DNA from: a virus
Taxonomy: Duplodnaviria; Caudoviricetes
IMG/VR virus record: IMGVR_UViG_3300030606_000001
Coordinates: 1-47,014 of that record
Length of the DNA: 47,014 bases
Strand: one strand, 5' to 3'
The notes beneath the pieces were generated by a model. The model worked only from the letters and a program-made list of their open reading frames with translations, did not search any database and was not told the origin of the DNA. Shown here in pieces: positions 10,801-18,980 of the stretch. Position 1 is the first letter of the stretch, and the number at the start of each line of letters is the position of its first letter. The translations under genes were made by a program, and so were the position numbers.

Positions 10801-11629
10801 TCGGGACCTCATGGGAGCACGGCGAATCCTCGCCGAGGCCACCGTCAACGACACCCAGTGGTTGTACCACCCCGCCAACCGCCCCAAGCTCGCGAGTGAA
10901 TCAAGCTCGTCGTTGGTGCAGGTTGCCGTCGACGCCTCGTATCTGTTCATGTCGTTCCCGATCAACTTCGCGGAGTCAGTGGTGCATTCAGCCAATACCG
11001 CGGCCACCGCCGATGGGAAGTTCCTGCGCGGGGCGCAGCGGGTCAAGGGCGCCGCCAGTTGGATCGCGGCGTTGAGTGCGTTTGGGGTGGCGTTGGACAT
11101 TGGGGAGGGGATCGTGCCAGGTGGGCTCGACTTTTCCCGGTGGACCCAGTCCGAGTGGCCAACTGGGATTCGGGAAATGATGGGCAAGGAACCAGGCGAG
11201 CGGGTTGCTGGGCTCAAACGGATGCCGGTCGGGCTACAGCCGCTCAGTGAGCTTGGGGAGCCGATCTCAATCCGTGGGGTGAAGGCGATTGGTGGGGCAG
11301 TCGAACAAGCGTTCACCGGGGCCGGTGATCCCGAAGGCCTCACCCTCATGGAGCGTGTGTGGGATGAGCGGTACCCCACCCGGGGGATGCTGGATGAGTT
11401 CTTCTCGGCGACCCCCAGTCGGCTGCTGGCGGCGACCCCGTTCGCCCAGGAACTGGCGAAGTCCCTTGGTTTTGAGGAAAATGATCCAGAGTACCAGGGA
11501 GTCGTTGAGCGCATCGTGAAGGCGTGGGTGGACGAACCCAAGGAAGGCTCGGCCAGGGCTGAGGAAGGGTTCGGTAAGCGGACCCTACGCGCCCAAGGAA
11601 TCCCGTTTGAAAAGGAGATCGAACAATGA
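7862..11629 (+). CDS. Large probable internal virion / ejection protein (1255 aa)
   Basis: Largest ORF, helical, third in the small-medium-large series typical of podoviruses; no catalytic motif recognised. Confidence 0.6.
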   Translation: MANTYDPSQNRKLYEDTTAAFLDAAERAGVDVGTPEGQEDVRSKLRDYFTQNTDALGWGDGDREAFLVHYGLAEPAGAERTMHTVSSLVDIAQNPGGYDQIAAMLESDVVDNRQLVEMAKAAGREIGPLGSLIAPAAAIKAFMLTTPHFGHVVPGIADSPQIPNPFFSQDAAAEAQRLRTLYGRTAIDPFTLKMITDEAAGVQTYQHPIASKLEQAGVPGWLADFAAYDLADPLWLVGGKPLLVAGSLGAAGLGALAVKNRGAVGSLLKTALHVRNAKSLMSEAEISEASRAVREGLEKTLGLGEAAPKAPKVEAILKRAQQLETTQAPNAERLRKLASAMAKGKSKVAELDKALVDQLAKADPADRRAYLNMRLAAVTNQDELAKLQAMYGSRFDLPKSWFSKRQLKDEYFDRQSGKSVLVDGGLVSEYLRHPDRFVENGHWRKDSPRAMALMRQVGAKGRSDVSGVQHLAGLVYVGRSPIIRDVRRAHELAYNEIGRKELTKFFGRDELFFIRPHRYLLQNTGTFEPFVKAREMAYVSHEMRMAELASALGGGVARVDVGLLGQVQHSGLPMKVTSMTDRPTRWKVWSSPDAAMRTENDEIYFMLGKDSDRVAMNAARQTEGLPNIRKISAGSFAKAQRVRLLLDDLHGEAVRAGILTPDQYLLQYIPRLRKELASGKSMTEAIANLQTDYRQRGVMGAEPFFAMVRTGELNPTEFNVAKLVDAYTRMLYRHKYVKPVSEQIIRTLTDPGTTAGGGIDRAVGMDWLVMQLGGRSALQTSALASIKKSEVVSRAMGEGLIDELGSIMSNPAEFDSKARFLSRAFTGAWYTSVFGGRGGPAVRNLSQQLLAVDRLGAGLPKLTRRPYLAMSVKDVATNREFQERFAVSNRSYGWSKNWGEFLDRVEADRRWTALPVKARDALTWHYRVSDLMNRMNVYRATELYAEDLFADMTRGGKAWEVAARKLLTSESATFRNAMVNRDLMGARRILAEATVNDTQWLYHPANRPKLASESSSSLVQVAVDASYLFMSFPINFAESVVHSANTAATADGKFLRGAQRVKGAASWIAALSAFGVALDIGEGIVPGGLDFSRWTQSEWPTGIREMMGKEPGERVAGLKRMPVGLQPLSELGEPISIRGVKAIGGAVEQAFTGAGDPEGLTLMERVWDERYPTRGMLDEFFSATPSRLLAATPFAQELAKSLGFEENDPEYQGVVERIVKAWVDEPKEGSARAEEGFGKRTLRAQGIPFEKEIEQ

Positions 11630-11985
11630 AGCGAATCAAGGCGTGGGTAGCGTGGGTGGCGTTGGCCCTGGCGGCGTTGGGGCTTGGTGGGGTCGTGATC
11701 GCGCAGTCCGGGGGTGAGGATGAGTGGGGTGCTGCCACCACCACCATCACGCGGTATCTGTCGCCATCCCCGCGGTGGTGGACGGTTTCGGTTGCGCCGT
11801 ATACCCAGAATGTTGATGTGGTGTTGTACACCTCCGCTACCGCCACCGTCGACACCCTTGAAGTCCCAGCGGGGTTTACGTTGGTGTTCGAGCGCCGGAT
11901 TACCAAGTACACCATCCTGCGCGCGGTTGCGACTGACGGCATCGACATCCCGAATCCGGCACGTCGGGCCGGGGATGGGCAGTGA
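11626..11985 (+). CDS. Small exported beta-rich protein with Sec signal peptide
   Basis: MKRIKAWVAWVALALAALGLGGVVIA|Q; AAGGAG SD; ATGA overlap. Confidence 0.7.
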   Translation: MKRIKAWVAWVALALAALGLGGVVIAQSGGEDEWGAATTTITRYLSPSPRWWTVSVAPYTQNVDVVLYTSATATVDTLEVPAGFTLVFERRITKYTILRAVATDGIDIPNPARRAGDGQ

Positions 11986-13649
11986 CCACCATGCGCCGCA
12001 TCCTTCCATTCCTTCTCGCGCTGGCGTTGGCCCAGGTGGCGTTCGGGGCGTTACGCATCGTCAACTCAGCCGGTGTCGGTGTGCCGACGCAGGTAATGAT
12101 CCAGCGCGACGACGGCACACTATACCTTGAAACAACCAACTCAACCCATTCGACAATCGCTACCGGCATGTCGGCCAGTACCGGCGCTGGTGACACGCTC
12201 TACGTCCACACCGGAACATGGGTCGGGCGCATTGTGCCGGGTGCATGGGACGCAAGCTCCATGGTGCTCATCGGTGCGTACGACTTTTCGACGTTGCTGC
12301 GCACGGATAACCCCGGTTATACGCTGGGCTGCGCCGACACAACGCGAACCGGGTGCTCGGTGGAATACTTCGTCATTGACGGAGGTGGCGCGACTGTTTC
12401 TAGTGCAGCGTTTGAGGTTACCCAGGCGCGCAACTTCACCATCAAGAACTGCAAGACCCAGGGTGCGCTCAAAGGCATCTTCACGCACGGCGGCGGTAAC
12501 TTTGCCGGCGGTAGCTACGGCGCCGATGGTCTGACGGTGATTGATTGCGAGTTTGCATCCAACTACTCCGCTGGTAGCCAGAACTCTTATGCGAACACCT
12601 GGGCCGCATCAAGTACGGACATGCCAACTGACGTGAACTTCACAAACGTCTTGTTCAATTTGACGGACCTCAATGTTACCACTGGCAGTTTCGACATGGC
12701 TGCGTTCCGCCGCATGACGTTCACTACATGCACGTTCAAGATGGCGAACATCATCGGCAACGCTCAGGGCTTTGGCATCCGCACTCGCGGCGATGCAACT
12801 GGGGTAAAGATTCCCAAGGGCCTGCATTTCTACGACTGTACGTTTATCGGGAGCGACAACCTCGCATTTCCATTGCAGGGCGTCGGGCTAATCCATATCA
12901 GCGGCAACCTAGGCACCGTCGGCGGCACAATGGATAGTCTCACGATCATGTACTCTACGATCCTTCCTGTGACCAAAGGCGAACTCAACTTTGGTCTCAA
13001 GGTAGAGAACGACTACGCCGCCGGTACTGGCGCTGACAACACCTTCATCGACAACATCAACATCAGCCACAACGTTTTCGTCGGCGGGTACGTGCCGCTA
13101 GGCTTCATGGAGAACTCACGCAACTTCCGCGCGGTTGGGAACCGCATCTATGGCGCCGGGAAGTTAGCTGATGCTGGGTTCAACACGTTCGGTATTGTGA
13201 TGGAAGACGCGCGCCATGGAGTTGTGTCAGGGAACAAAATCTACAATGTCCAGAAGGCAATAGATTTCTCGTTCTCTGGTGGTAATCCGAGCACACCGGC
13301 CTTCAACAACTACAAGATCGACCTGTTCAACAACGAGGTCTATCGAAGTGACTTCTTCGTATGGGTGAACTGCGCGGAGGGCGAAACGATGCCCGCCGAC
13401 TCGTTACTCAACGGCCTGCGCAGCTCTGGGAACATTGCCATCGGCGTAACCAATTGGGGCCACATGGAAGACGCCGCGCCTAACGACTTCACGCTGGGCG
13501 AGTGGAAGGCAATGACGATGATCAACGTCCCGGCCTACTGGGTCCACGGTCAGGGTGACGTGGAGTCCGAGTCGTGGCCAAGCAACTTGCGCCGCGTAAA
13601 CGCCATCGACCCTCAACGCCGCCTAGGCGCCGGCCCTGGGCTCGACTAG
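11982..13649 (+). CDS. Exported right-handed beta-helix protein with Sec signal peptide
   Basis: MRRILPFLLALALAQVAFG|A; GAGDTLYVHTGTW beta-helix cap; repeated N/I/G coils. Confidence 0.8.
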   Translation: MTTMRRILPFLLALALAQVAFGALRIVNSAGVGVPTQVMIQRDDGTLYLETTNSTHSTIATGMSASTGAGDTLYVHTGTWVGRIVPGAWDASSMVLIGAYDFSTLLRTDNPGYTLGCADTTRTGCSVEYFVIDGGGATVSSAAFEVTQARNFTIKNCKTQGALKGIFTHGGGNFAGGSYGADGLTVIDCEFASNYSAGSQNSYANTWAASSTDMPTDVNFTNVLFNLTDLNVTTGSFDMAAFRRMTFTTCTFKMANIIGNAQGFGIRTRGDATGVKIPKGLHFYDCTFIGSDNLAFPLQGVGLIHISGNLGTVGGTMDSLTIMYSTILPVTKGELNFGLKVENDYAAGTGADNTFIDNINISHNVFVGGYVPLGFMENSRNFRAVGNRIYGAGKLADAGFNTFGIVMEDARHGVVSGNKIYNVQKAIDFSFSGGNPSTPAFNNYKIDLFNNEVYRSDFFVWVNCAEGETMPADSLLNGLRSSGNIAIGVTNWGHMEDAAPNDFTLGEWKAMTMINVPAYWVHGQGDVESESWPSNLRRVNAIDPQRRLGAGPGLD

Positions 13650-13695
13650 CCATGCCCGAGCAGACCACCACCCTAACCCTCACCAAGGTCCACCC

Positions 13696-14079
13696 ATGAA
13701 CCGCTCATACTTCGAGCCCAAGCGACACAACGGCGACGTGAGCGAGAGCTTCGACATCACGTCGACTCGCAAGTTCATGGCTGGGCTATCGACGGTGGTG
13801 TTCTCGGTTGCGGCTGGGTTGTCCTGGGCGGTGAATGAGCAGGTAGGGTCCGCTGCCAGCGAAGACCTCCAACTCGCTACCGAGCGCATGGAGGTTGACA
13901 TCGCACGCCTCGACCTTGAAACCGCTGCGCTCCGGGCCGACACCAGCGCGACATCCCTGCGCATGGACAACCAGGCCAAGCTGTTCAACGAGTCCGTGAC
14001 GCAAATCGAGCAGAACCTAGCGGTGTTGGTGGCGGTGCTCAAGCAAGCGTACCCAAATCTTCGAATCGACCAACGGTAG
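13696..14079 (+). CDS. Single-TM plus coiled-coil membrane protein (holin-associated or i-spanin-like)
   Basis: Hydrophobic FMAGLSTVVFSVAAGLSWAV followed by a heptad-like helix; next to lysis genes. Confidence 0.55.
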   Translation: MNRSYFEPKRHNGDVSESFDITSTRKFMAGLSTVVFSVAAGLSWAVNEQVGSAASEDLQLATERMEVDIARLDLETAALRADTSATSLRMDNQAKLFNESVTQIEQNLAVLVAVLKQAYPNLRIDQR

Positions 14080-14164
14080 TTCACATCCAAGGGGGCGTCG
14101 CTGTGAAACGCGAACCAGAGGTAAGCGGGGAGCCGCTGGGGCCAACGGTGCCGCCTTTTTCCCC

Positions 14165-14193
14165 TGTACTTTCACCACCGGGTGTGGTAGAAT
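14165..14193 (+). promoter_or_regulatory. Putative sigma70-type promoter for lysis genes
   Basis: TGTACT-17 bp-TAGAAT with TG extension, 26 nt before ATG 14220. Confidence 0.55.
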
Positions 14194-14219
14194 CCCACCC
14201 ACTTCCCAAAGGAGCTACC

Positions 14220-14495
14220 ATGCTCAGCAAGATCAATTTCGACTCCAAACGGGTCCAGGGTGTTCTTGGGGTCGTGTTTGGTCTGTTGCTCAAATGGCTG
14301 GAGGCCAATGCTGGACTCGCACTCCCGCTTGTGGAGGTTCCTGGCCTGGGTCTACAGAACGTTGGCGATCTGTGGATGGTTTCTGGCAGCGTTTGGGGCG
14401 GTGTCGTGGGCGTCGGTCACGCTGTGGTCAAAACACATCAAGAGTCGAAGGCGGCATCAGAAGCACCGGCACCCGTCGCACCCATCGTCCCGTGA
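14220..14495 (+). CDS. Putative holin (2 TM segments)
   Basis: AAGGAG SD; two hydrophobic segments; GTGA overlap with the endolysin gene. Confidence 0.65.
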   Translation: MLSKINFDSKRVQGVLGVVFGLLLKWLEANAGLALPLVEVPGLGLQNVGDLWMVSGSVWGGVVGVGHAVVKTHQESKAASEAPAPVAPIVP

Positions 14496-15049
14496 GCCAT
14501 AGCCCCTCAAACCCCCCCTCGCCACTGCTGCGCCGCTATGCCCGGCTGGTCGGGGACGCTGCCCGCGCCCACGATGTGGAGCCGGCTCTGGCGTGGGGGG
14601 TTTTGTGGCGGGAATCCGCTGGGGAGGTGTGGGCGTATCGGTACGAACCAGGGTGGCGGTGGTTCACTGACCACCTGGGGCGCCCGTTGGGGCAGGGCCG
14701 CCAGCACGCAGCCCAGCACCTGTCCCCCACTGAGTTCAACGCCCAGTCGGCTTCGTGGGGGCTGATGCAGGTGATGGGGTCAGTGGCACGGGAGCTGGGG
14801 CACCGGGGGCCGATCTCCACCCTTCTTGTCCACCCGTCCGAAGCCGTGTGGCTCGGGTGCAAGAAGCTCGGGCAGCTCACCTACCGGTTCCGTGGCTCAA
14901 TTGAGGACGCCGTGTCCGCGTACAACGACGGCGACGGTTACGCCGACCGGGACAACGAATCCTATGTCGAAGCGGTTGGATTGTTTCGCGCCCAGACGCT
15001 TACCAACACTGAGTTGATGGAAGCCCTGAACCCACCCTCCCCATCCTGA
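14492..15049 (+). CDS. Endolysin, SLT-family lytic transglycosylase
   Basis: Catalytic ES motif (GVLWRESAG), SWGLMQVMG and AYNDG. Confidence 0.92.
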   Translation: MSHSPSNPPSPLLRRYARLVGDAARAHDVEPALAWGVLWRESAGEVWAYRYEPGWRWFTDHLGRPLGQGRQHAAQHLSPTEFNAQSASWGLMQVMGSVARELGHRGPISTLLVHPSEAVWLGCKKLGQLTYRFRGSIEDAVSAYNDGDGYADRDNESYVEAVGLFRAQTLTNTELMEALNPPSPS

Positions 15050-15059
15050 GGTACACATC

Positions 15060-16073
15060 GTGAAACGCTTACCCATCGGTGAGGCCGAGACCCGCCGCTA
15101 CGTCGAGCTTCGCAAGGAACATCAGCTCGCGTTGCCGGCAGTTTCCCAGTTCATCGCGGAGATGTACCCGATATTCGAGGGGCGGTCAATCCATGCGGTG
15201 ATCGCCCTCATGCGGGAGCGGTGCATGGCGTTCGGGTTGCCGACGACCTTTGCACCGGAGCTAATCCCGATTGCAGAGCGGCTCCCGCAGACATCCCCGG
15301 TCACCCAGATGCTGGAGGGGCTGGACCTTCCGTATGAGGATTCGCTGGTGTTCTCGGATTGCCATTTCCCGCACCACTACCGGGACATGCTCGCGTGGGG
15401 GCTTAAGGTGGCGAAGGTCCGCGGGATCAAGAGACTCATCCTGGCGGGGGATACCTTTGACTTCGATTGCTTTTCTAGCTTCCTCAAGGTCAAATCCGAG
15501 GATCCAGCGACGAATTTTGATACCGTGGCGGAGTTCTTTGCCGCGGCGCTGCCGCAGTTTGAGACCATTTGTGTCATTATGGGCAACCATGACGAGCGAA
15601 TCCTGAGGCGGTTGGAGTTGAAGATGGGGATCTCGTTGCTCATGTCCCGAATCCACGATCTCCTGCCGGCCAAGCAACGAATCAGTTTCGCGAAGCGTGT
15701 GCTGTACACCGATCGGTTTTACATGACCATGTACGGGACCCCTGATGGGGTGAGCTGGCGGATCTCGCACCCCGACAACTATCGCAAGTTGCGGTTGTCG
15801 GTTTCCATTGAAGGCGCCATGAAGTACAACTGTCACTTTCTCTCCGCCCACCAACACCACCTCGGGGTGACCGTCAGTACCTACGGGCACAAGTGGGCGG
15901 TGGATGGTGGGTGTGGGATTGACCCGGTTGCGGCTGAGTACATCCAACGCCGCGACAAAATGTCAGCGGACTGGAGCCCTGGGTTTATCACTCTTGAGCA
16001 CGGCCACCCGCACGTCTTTTCCGCGACGGACTCGCAGGCGTACCAGCGGGCTTCAATTCGACCTGGTCGATGA
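15060..16073 (+). CDS. Calcineurin-like metallophosphoesterase
   Basis: SDCH, GDTFD, GNHD, SHP and HQHH motifs. Confidence 0.9.
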   Translation: MKRLPIGEAETRRYVELRKEHQLALPAVSQFIAEMYPIFEGRSIHAVIALMRERCMAFGLPTTFAPELIPIAERLPQTSPVTQMLEGLDLPYEDSLVFSDCHFPHHYRDMLAWGLKVAKVRGIKRLILAGDTFDFDCFSSFLKVKSEDPATNFDTVAEFFAAALPQFETICVIMGNHDERILRRLELKMGISLLMSRIHDLLPAKQRISFAKRVLYTDRFYMTMYGTPDGVSWRISHPDNYRKLRLSVSIEGAMKYNCHFLSAHQHHLGVTVSTYGHKWAVDGGCGIDPVAAEYIQRRDKMSADWSPGFITLEHGHPHVFSATDSQAYQRASIRPGR

Positions 16074-16305
16074 TGCACCCGCGGGGGATGGCGCGTTTCT
16101 CAGACCACCCCTCGGTGTCTTCGGAATACGTTCTCGCGAGCATGACTATCCATTTGTCCTGGTAGATCCTCCACCCGATACTCACGCAATGCGCTGCGTA
16201 GAAGTTCGGGTCCCCCTCGTCGTTCCAGTCGTCGTCATCCTGGATGTCGTACCACTCGATGACAACGAGGGGGGCGTCGTGGCGCTTAGGGTAGGTTCGC
16301 GCGAT
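15988..16305 (-). CDS. Conserved-looking phage hypothetical protein (about 105 aa), apparent ATC start
   Basis: Frame stays open upstream of the track's GTG: PLVVIEWYD...CVSIGW...IPRGCI pattern; GGGAG 7 nt before ATC 16305. Confidence 0.55.
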   Translation of the reverse strand: MARTYPKRHDAPLVVIEWYDIQDDDDWNDEGDPNFYAAHCVSIGWRIYQDKWIVMLARTYSEDTEGWSEKRAIPRGCIIDQVELKPAGTPASPSRKRRAGGRAQE

Positions 16306-16316
16306 GGCCGGGCTCC

Positions 16317-17756
16317 CTACTTTCCACCTGGGGGGTCTGAGAACTCAGGACCGCGTGTCCCACCCTGTGGGATGACGATGGGTGCTTTGGTCAACAGAGC
16401 CCCCTCGGAGTTCACTGTGCCGTCTTGGTGCATGACGTACACATACACCGGGTTGTGGCGGCTCAGCTTACCCCAGCGCAACGGGAACCGAATCTCGTCG
16501 TCGTCCCATTGGGTGGGGGCTTGGACCTCGAAAATGCTACTGGTGTAGTACGTCGGGCCGTTGCTGAGCATGACTCGCGCTTGGCCGTTGTTCACGCTGA
16601 TGAAGATGTCATCGAGGTAGTAGACGTGGTTGACAACGCCCTGCCAACCACCACCATAGTTTCGGAACGTGATGTTCTTCGCGACTGGCGCCCACTCGGC
16701 AGACACCGGTCTTTCGTTCCCGTTCGGGAAACACTCACCAGAACCGGTCCCAAGGCCTGGATCTCCAAGGTGCGAGCAGAAATCGTCCTTCCAGTAGAAA
16801 TCTATGAAATCGCTGGTACCGCCGCCTAGGACAGTTTCGTTCTGGACACCCTCACCGAAAACCTGGCGGCGGAACTTCGCGTCGCGCGCCCCGAGTGCCG
16901 AGCTGAATTGGAAGCTCGTGGTAAAGTTGTTCCACCGGTTCACCACCGATACATCGCGAAGGTCTGTGCCGTTGCCAGCCTGGTTCTTCGTGTCCCAACC
17001 TTCCTGGTATGGGTTGATGAAGGAAATAGTGCCATTGGCGTTCCCTGGGAACCCGCGCCACTTGCACCATGGATCAGTCGCGCAGTTGTCCCAATTCCCC
17101 TCGTCGGACATCGGCCAGGACTGGGCCACGCCAGCTCGTGTGCCATCTGTTTCATGCAAATACTCAAAGTAGAACCCGCCTTCCTGGTCGTTCACTTCAT
17201 TACTACAACTTCCGCAACACTGGTCGGCGTTCGTGATTGCGAACATCTTGTATTGCTGGCGGGTGCCGTCCCATGTAAACGGAACGACCTTGACGGAGTA
17301 ACTGACCGTGACCGAGGTAAACCGATCGTCAGTCAACCCAGCGCGGATGGGGTAATAGGTCAGCACATTCCCGCGGGCACTGCCGGTATTGATAACCGGG
17401 CACGCAAGGCTCCAGTTTCCATTGTACTTCTCCGTTTGGACCACACGAGGCCGGTTTCCAGTAGCGACCATTTGAGTGTACGCTACAGTCATGCGTAATG
17501 CGGCGGGGTATCCAACAACCGTCCCAGAGTCCATGTAGGCCGGCCAAATCCCTGCGGTGACTTGGTCATCATACACACTCTCAAAGTCCTCGAAGATGAA
17601 GGACAGGGAATTCGGTCCGAACCCGGTCCCATCTACATCGACCGTTGCGCCTTCACTGTACGACCCTGCGGCGACGGCAGTTGGGGTTGGGTCGGCGAGG
17701 GCGAAGCCGGCAAGGGCGAACAGCCCCACCAGCACCGACAGGTTTCTTAGTCGCAT
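16317..17756 (-). CDS. Exported Cys-rich beta-sandwich protein (split IPT/TIG-like ends, lyase/ConA-like core)
   Basis: Signal MRLRNLSVLVGLFALAGFALA|D; GATVDVDGTGFG; YYLDDIFIS...ARVMLSN...TQWDDDEI. Confidence 0.65.
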   Translation of the reverse strand: MRLRNLSVLVGLFALAGFALADPTPTAVAAGSYSEGATVDVDGTGFGPNSLSFIFEDFESVYDDQVTAGIWPAYMDSGTVVGYPAALRMTVAYTQMVATGNRPRVVQTEKYNGNWSLACPVINTGSARGNVLTYYPIRAGLTDDRFTSVTVSYSVKVVPFTWDGTRQQYKMFAITNADQCCGSCSNEVNDQEGGFYFEYLHETDGTRAGVAQSWPMSDEGNWDNCATDPWCKWRGFPGNANGTISFINPYQEGWDTKNQAGNGTDLRDVSVVNRWNNFTTSFQFSSALGARDAKFRRQVFGEGVQNETVLGGGTSDFIDFYWKDDFCSHLGDPGLGTGSGECFPNGNERPVSAEWAPVAKNITFRNYGGGWQGVVNHVYYLDDIFISVNNGQARVMLSNGPTYYTSSIFEVQAPTQWDDDEIRFPLRWGKLSRHNPVYVYVMHQDGTVNSEGALLTKAPIVIPQGGTRGPEFSDPPGGK

Positions 17757-18934
17757 GACCAACATGCCTCCTGGGTAGCGAAGGAAACGAAGGTAGCCGG
17801 GGTTGCTTGATTGCGGAACAGGGTGCTGTAGAAGTGCGCACCCAGTGGAAGGTTCGGGTCTTCGGCGCGGACATGCAGCTCGTCCACGGTCCCGTGCATG
17901 GAGTCAGTCAGGGTCCCGGTTCCGTCTTGGAGATATTGGACCGAGCCGAGGCCGATGGGGGCGCCGGCTTGGCCGAGACCCGACGGCTTCACCCGCTCGC
18001 CGGCCTGGCCGTTGGACGAGAATTGGAACTCCCGCCCGTCGTAGTAAACCGTCACCAGCGAATCCTCGCTCGACATTGCGAATGCGTAGTGATGGAAGTC
18101 GTCTTGGGTTCCGTCACCGCCGCGGTAGCGGAAGTCCACCCCCTGGCTGATCGACCCGCAGTACCCGCCGGTTGTGTACTGGATGTCGTGGGAAACGTCA
18201 GACGCCCCGGTGGCGAGGATCTGCACGCACGGAGGACCTTGCACCAGAAAATCCGTGCCAAAGGTATCCATTTCCACCCACGCGAACACCGACCAATCGA
18301 GGGAAGTTGTGAGAACCCCAGTGTACGCCGTGTTCACGTTTTGGTTGTAGTGCCACCCTCGGCGGATCGGGCTATCGACCCTGTCATCCGCGTCCCAACT
18401 TTGGGCGCCAGCGGACTGCGCGTTGGCGTCGCGGGCGTTGGGGGAACTGTCCAGCAGCATCCCCAACGCGGGGTTGTTGTCGAAGTGGTACACCACCTCG
18501 TAGTCCTGCCAGGTCGATTGGGTGGTGGCGAGGTCGAGTGGGGTTGCGTCTGCGTTGTCGTAGTACAGGTAGATCCAGTTGAACGACGGGGTCAGGGTGC
18601 CGACCCGTACCCAGATTTCACATGAATCCGTCGTCGCGTTGTAGTAGACGATCTCGTGGGGGAGGAGGGTGGTGCCGTTCTGGGCGGTGAAGCGAAGGTC
18701 AGCGCCAGTCGTCAGCGCTGAGTCGTACACCGCCGCCGGGAGATCCGTCAGCAACAGCGGGAACCCAATCAAGCTCCCGTAGTCCGCGCCCAGCGAATCG
18801 GGAACCCCGGTCCCGATGCTGTCGGGCGCGCAGGTTATTTTGATGCGTCGGTCGTAGTCGACATCGTACCACCCGGCAGCCGCGGCGTGAGTCGCGCACG
18901 CTGCCAGGATGGCAACTAGGAACCATCGAGCCAT
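17747..18934 (-). CDS. Exported DUF2341 + LamG/concanavalin-like protein
   Basis: Signal peptide (also contains LAAC lipobox-like motif); GWY...RRIKIT, FPLLL, DLRFT..GTTLLPHEI, WVRV, IYLYY; LamG-like FHHYAF, VYYDG, HGTVDEL. Confidence 0.85.
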   Translation of the reverse strand: MARWFLVAILAACATHAAAAGWYDVDYDRRIKITCAPDSIGTGVPDSLGADYGSLIGFPLLLTDLPAAVYDSALTTGADLRFTAQNGTTLLPHEIVYYNATTDSCEIWVRVGTLTPSFNWIYLYYDNADATPLDLATTQSTWQDYEVVYHFDNNPALGMLLDSSPNARDANAQSAGAQSWDADDRVDSPIRRGWHYNQNVNTAYTGVLTTSLDWSVFAWVEMDTFGTDFLVQGPPCVQILATGASDVSHDIQYTTGGYCGSISQGVDFRYRGGDGTQDDFHHYAFAMSSEDSLVTVYYDGREFQFSSNGQAGERVKPSGLGQAGAPIGLGSVQYLQDGTGTLTDSMHGTVDELHVRAEDPNLPLGAHFYSTLFRNQATPATFVSFATQEACWSCD

Positions 18935-18980
18935 GTCAAACCCCTTTCGTGTGCCGTTCCTGGCAGCGGGATTGCTGCAT

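Noticed and set aside
7862-11629. Virion RNA polymerase or tape-measure identity for the 1255-aa ORF
   Set aside because: No polymerase catalytic motif or tape-measure repeats or chaperones recognised; podovirus context favours an ejection protein
1857-18934. Diversity-generating retroelement or invertible tail-fibre system
   Set aside because: No reverse transcriptase, recombinase or TR/VR repeat pair seen
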